From Marsupella aquatica (lineage: Eukaryota; Plantae; Marchantiophyta), in contig OZ316897.1 of the NCBI GenBank assembly GCA_973895155.1, positions 16,908,058 to 16,972,057 on the forward strand: a stretch of DNA of 64,000 nt. Direction: 5' to 3'. Position numbers and translations under genes: made by a program. Numbering within the stretch: the first letter of the stretch is position 1; every line of letters begins with the position of its first letter. The notes below the pieces were generated by a model. That model did not search any database. It saw nothing but the letters and a program-made list of their open reading frames with translations, and was not told the origin of the DNA. This document shows positions 63,201-64,000 of this stretch, piece by piece.

Positions 63201-64000
63201 TAACATGCTAATCAAGGATTGCCTCCATCCTTCTAAAGTACCATTCATTCACTGTCGTATCCTTTGTCGGAAGAAAAATGAAAATCATAGAAGGATTAGC
63301 CACAACCCGAGCCATGCAGCCTCTGTTAATTAAGGAGAACACAGCCCCGTCAAACGAAGGCATAAGGTCAGTGGCTGCACCTCGTCACACAAAACGAGGC
63401 ACAAAGGGAAAATTACGATCCCCAGACAGACCAATCCTATCTAGTAAACTCTATATTCCTATATTAAGTAAGAGCGACAGGAACCCAAGTATTTCAAAAC
63501 GGCAATTAACATATGCATCTGTTCAGGTTGCTGTCAATTGCTTGACCCAGTTTGCACTTCATTTGTTTCCTCTGAGTTATCCAAAGAGAGACCAGGCCCA
63601 GCATCCCAGCAAGTGGTCCCTGGAGTTGGCAGTAATTCCCATGATTCCAATTCTTTTGCCAACAATAGATAAGGTGTAACGGCCTAAGAACAGTAAGAAG
63701 TGGTCCATGGTCTGGGAAGTACTGTAATTGACTGAGTCTGACTTATTTGTTCCCAGATGGAGAGCAGCGCGGCAATACAGCTCAATAACAAAAGGTTCCT
63801 TGACTTAGCTAGAAGACCGAGTTAAGGTTTATTGTTTCCAGGCTGGGGTGTTCCCAACGAGCGAAAAGGCTGGCGACCCCGTCATGTCCTGGTCCTTTGT
63901 TTTTTCTTCACTTTAAAAAATTTTGTAAATCAACCTTTTAAAGCAAGAAAAGCCACCACCAGAGCCAAAGTTCTCTCGAGGCAAAAAACAAACGAAGAGA

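Noticed and set aside
63278-63679. 133-aa ORF near the window end
   Set aside because: No motif or splice support; cannot be called.

Overview
Eukaryotic land-plant nuclear DNA (GT-AG introns, plant-type genes, TE-rich; gene and TE content suggest a non-seed plant, which is inference). Host genes: an intronless ChaC/GGCT2-like ORF, a two-exon BTB/POZ gene, a 502-aa orphan ORF, an eight-exon BAT1-type amino-acid permease and a divergent EUL (Euonymus) lectin. TEs: a decayed PIF/Harbinger element, a solo LTR, a MITE with an 8-bp TSD and several tandem arrays. The main feature is a nested structure at 39.4-53.7 kb. The outer part is a Ty3/Gypsy-type retroelement (gag, DDE integrase + PHD finger, TG..CA ends, 4-bp TSD) whose terminal repeats are split (X...Y-X-Y) rather than two full LTRs. 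Its protease/RT/RNaseH region is replaced by a ~9-kb insert. The insert encodes a ParB/Srx-like domain fused to a beta-class N6A/N4C DNA methyltransferase, a Ulp1-like protease fragment and an F-box-like protein. It also carries about 25 copies of a ~45-bp palindrome (GTTGAATGCGAAATGGGATAC-NNN-GTATCCCACTTCGCATTCAAC), mostly in three five-copy arrays that each lie inside a predicted intron. All domain calls are from motif recognition by eye; no database searches were run.
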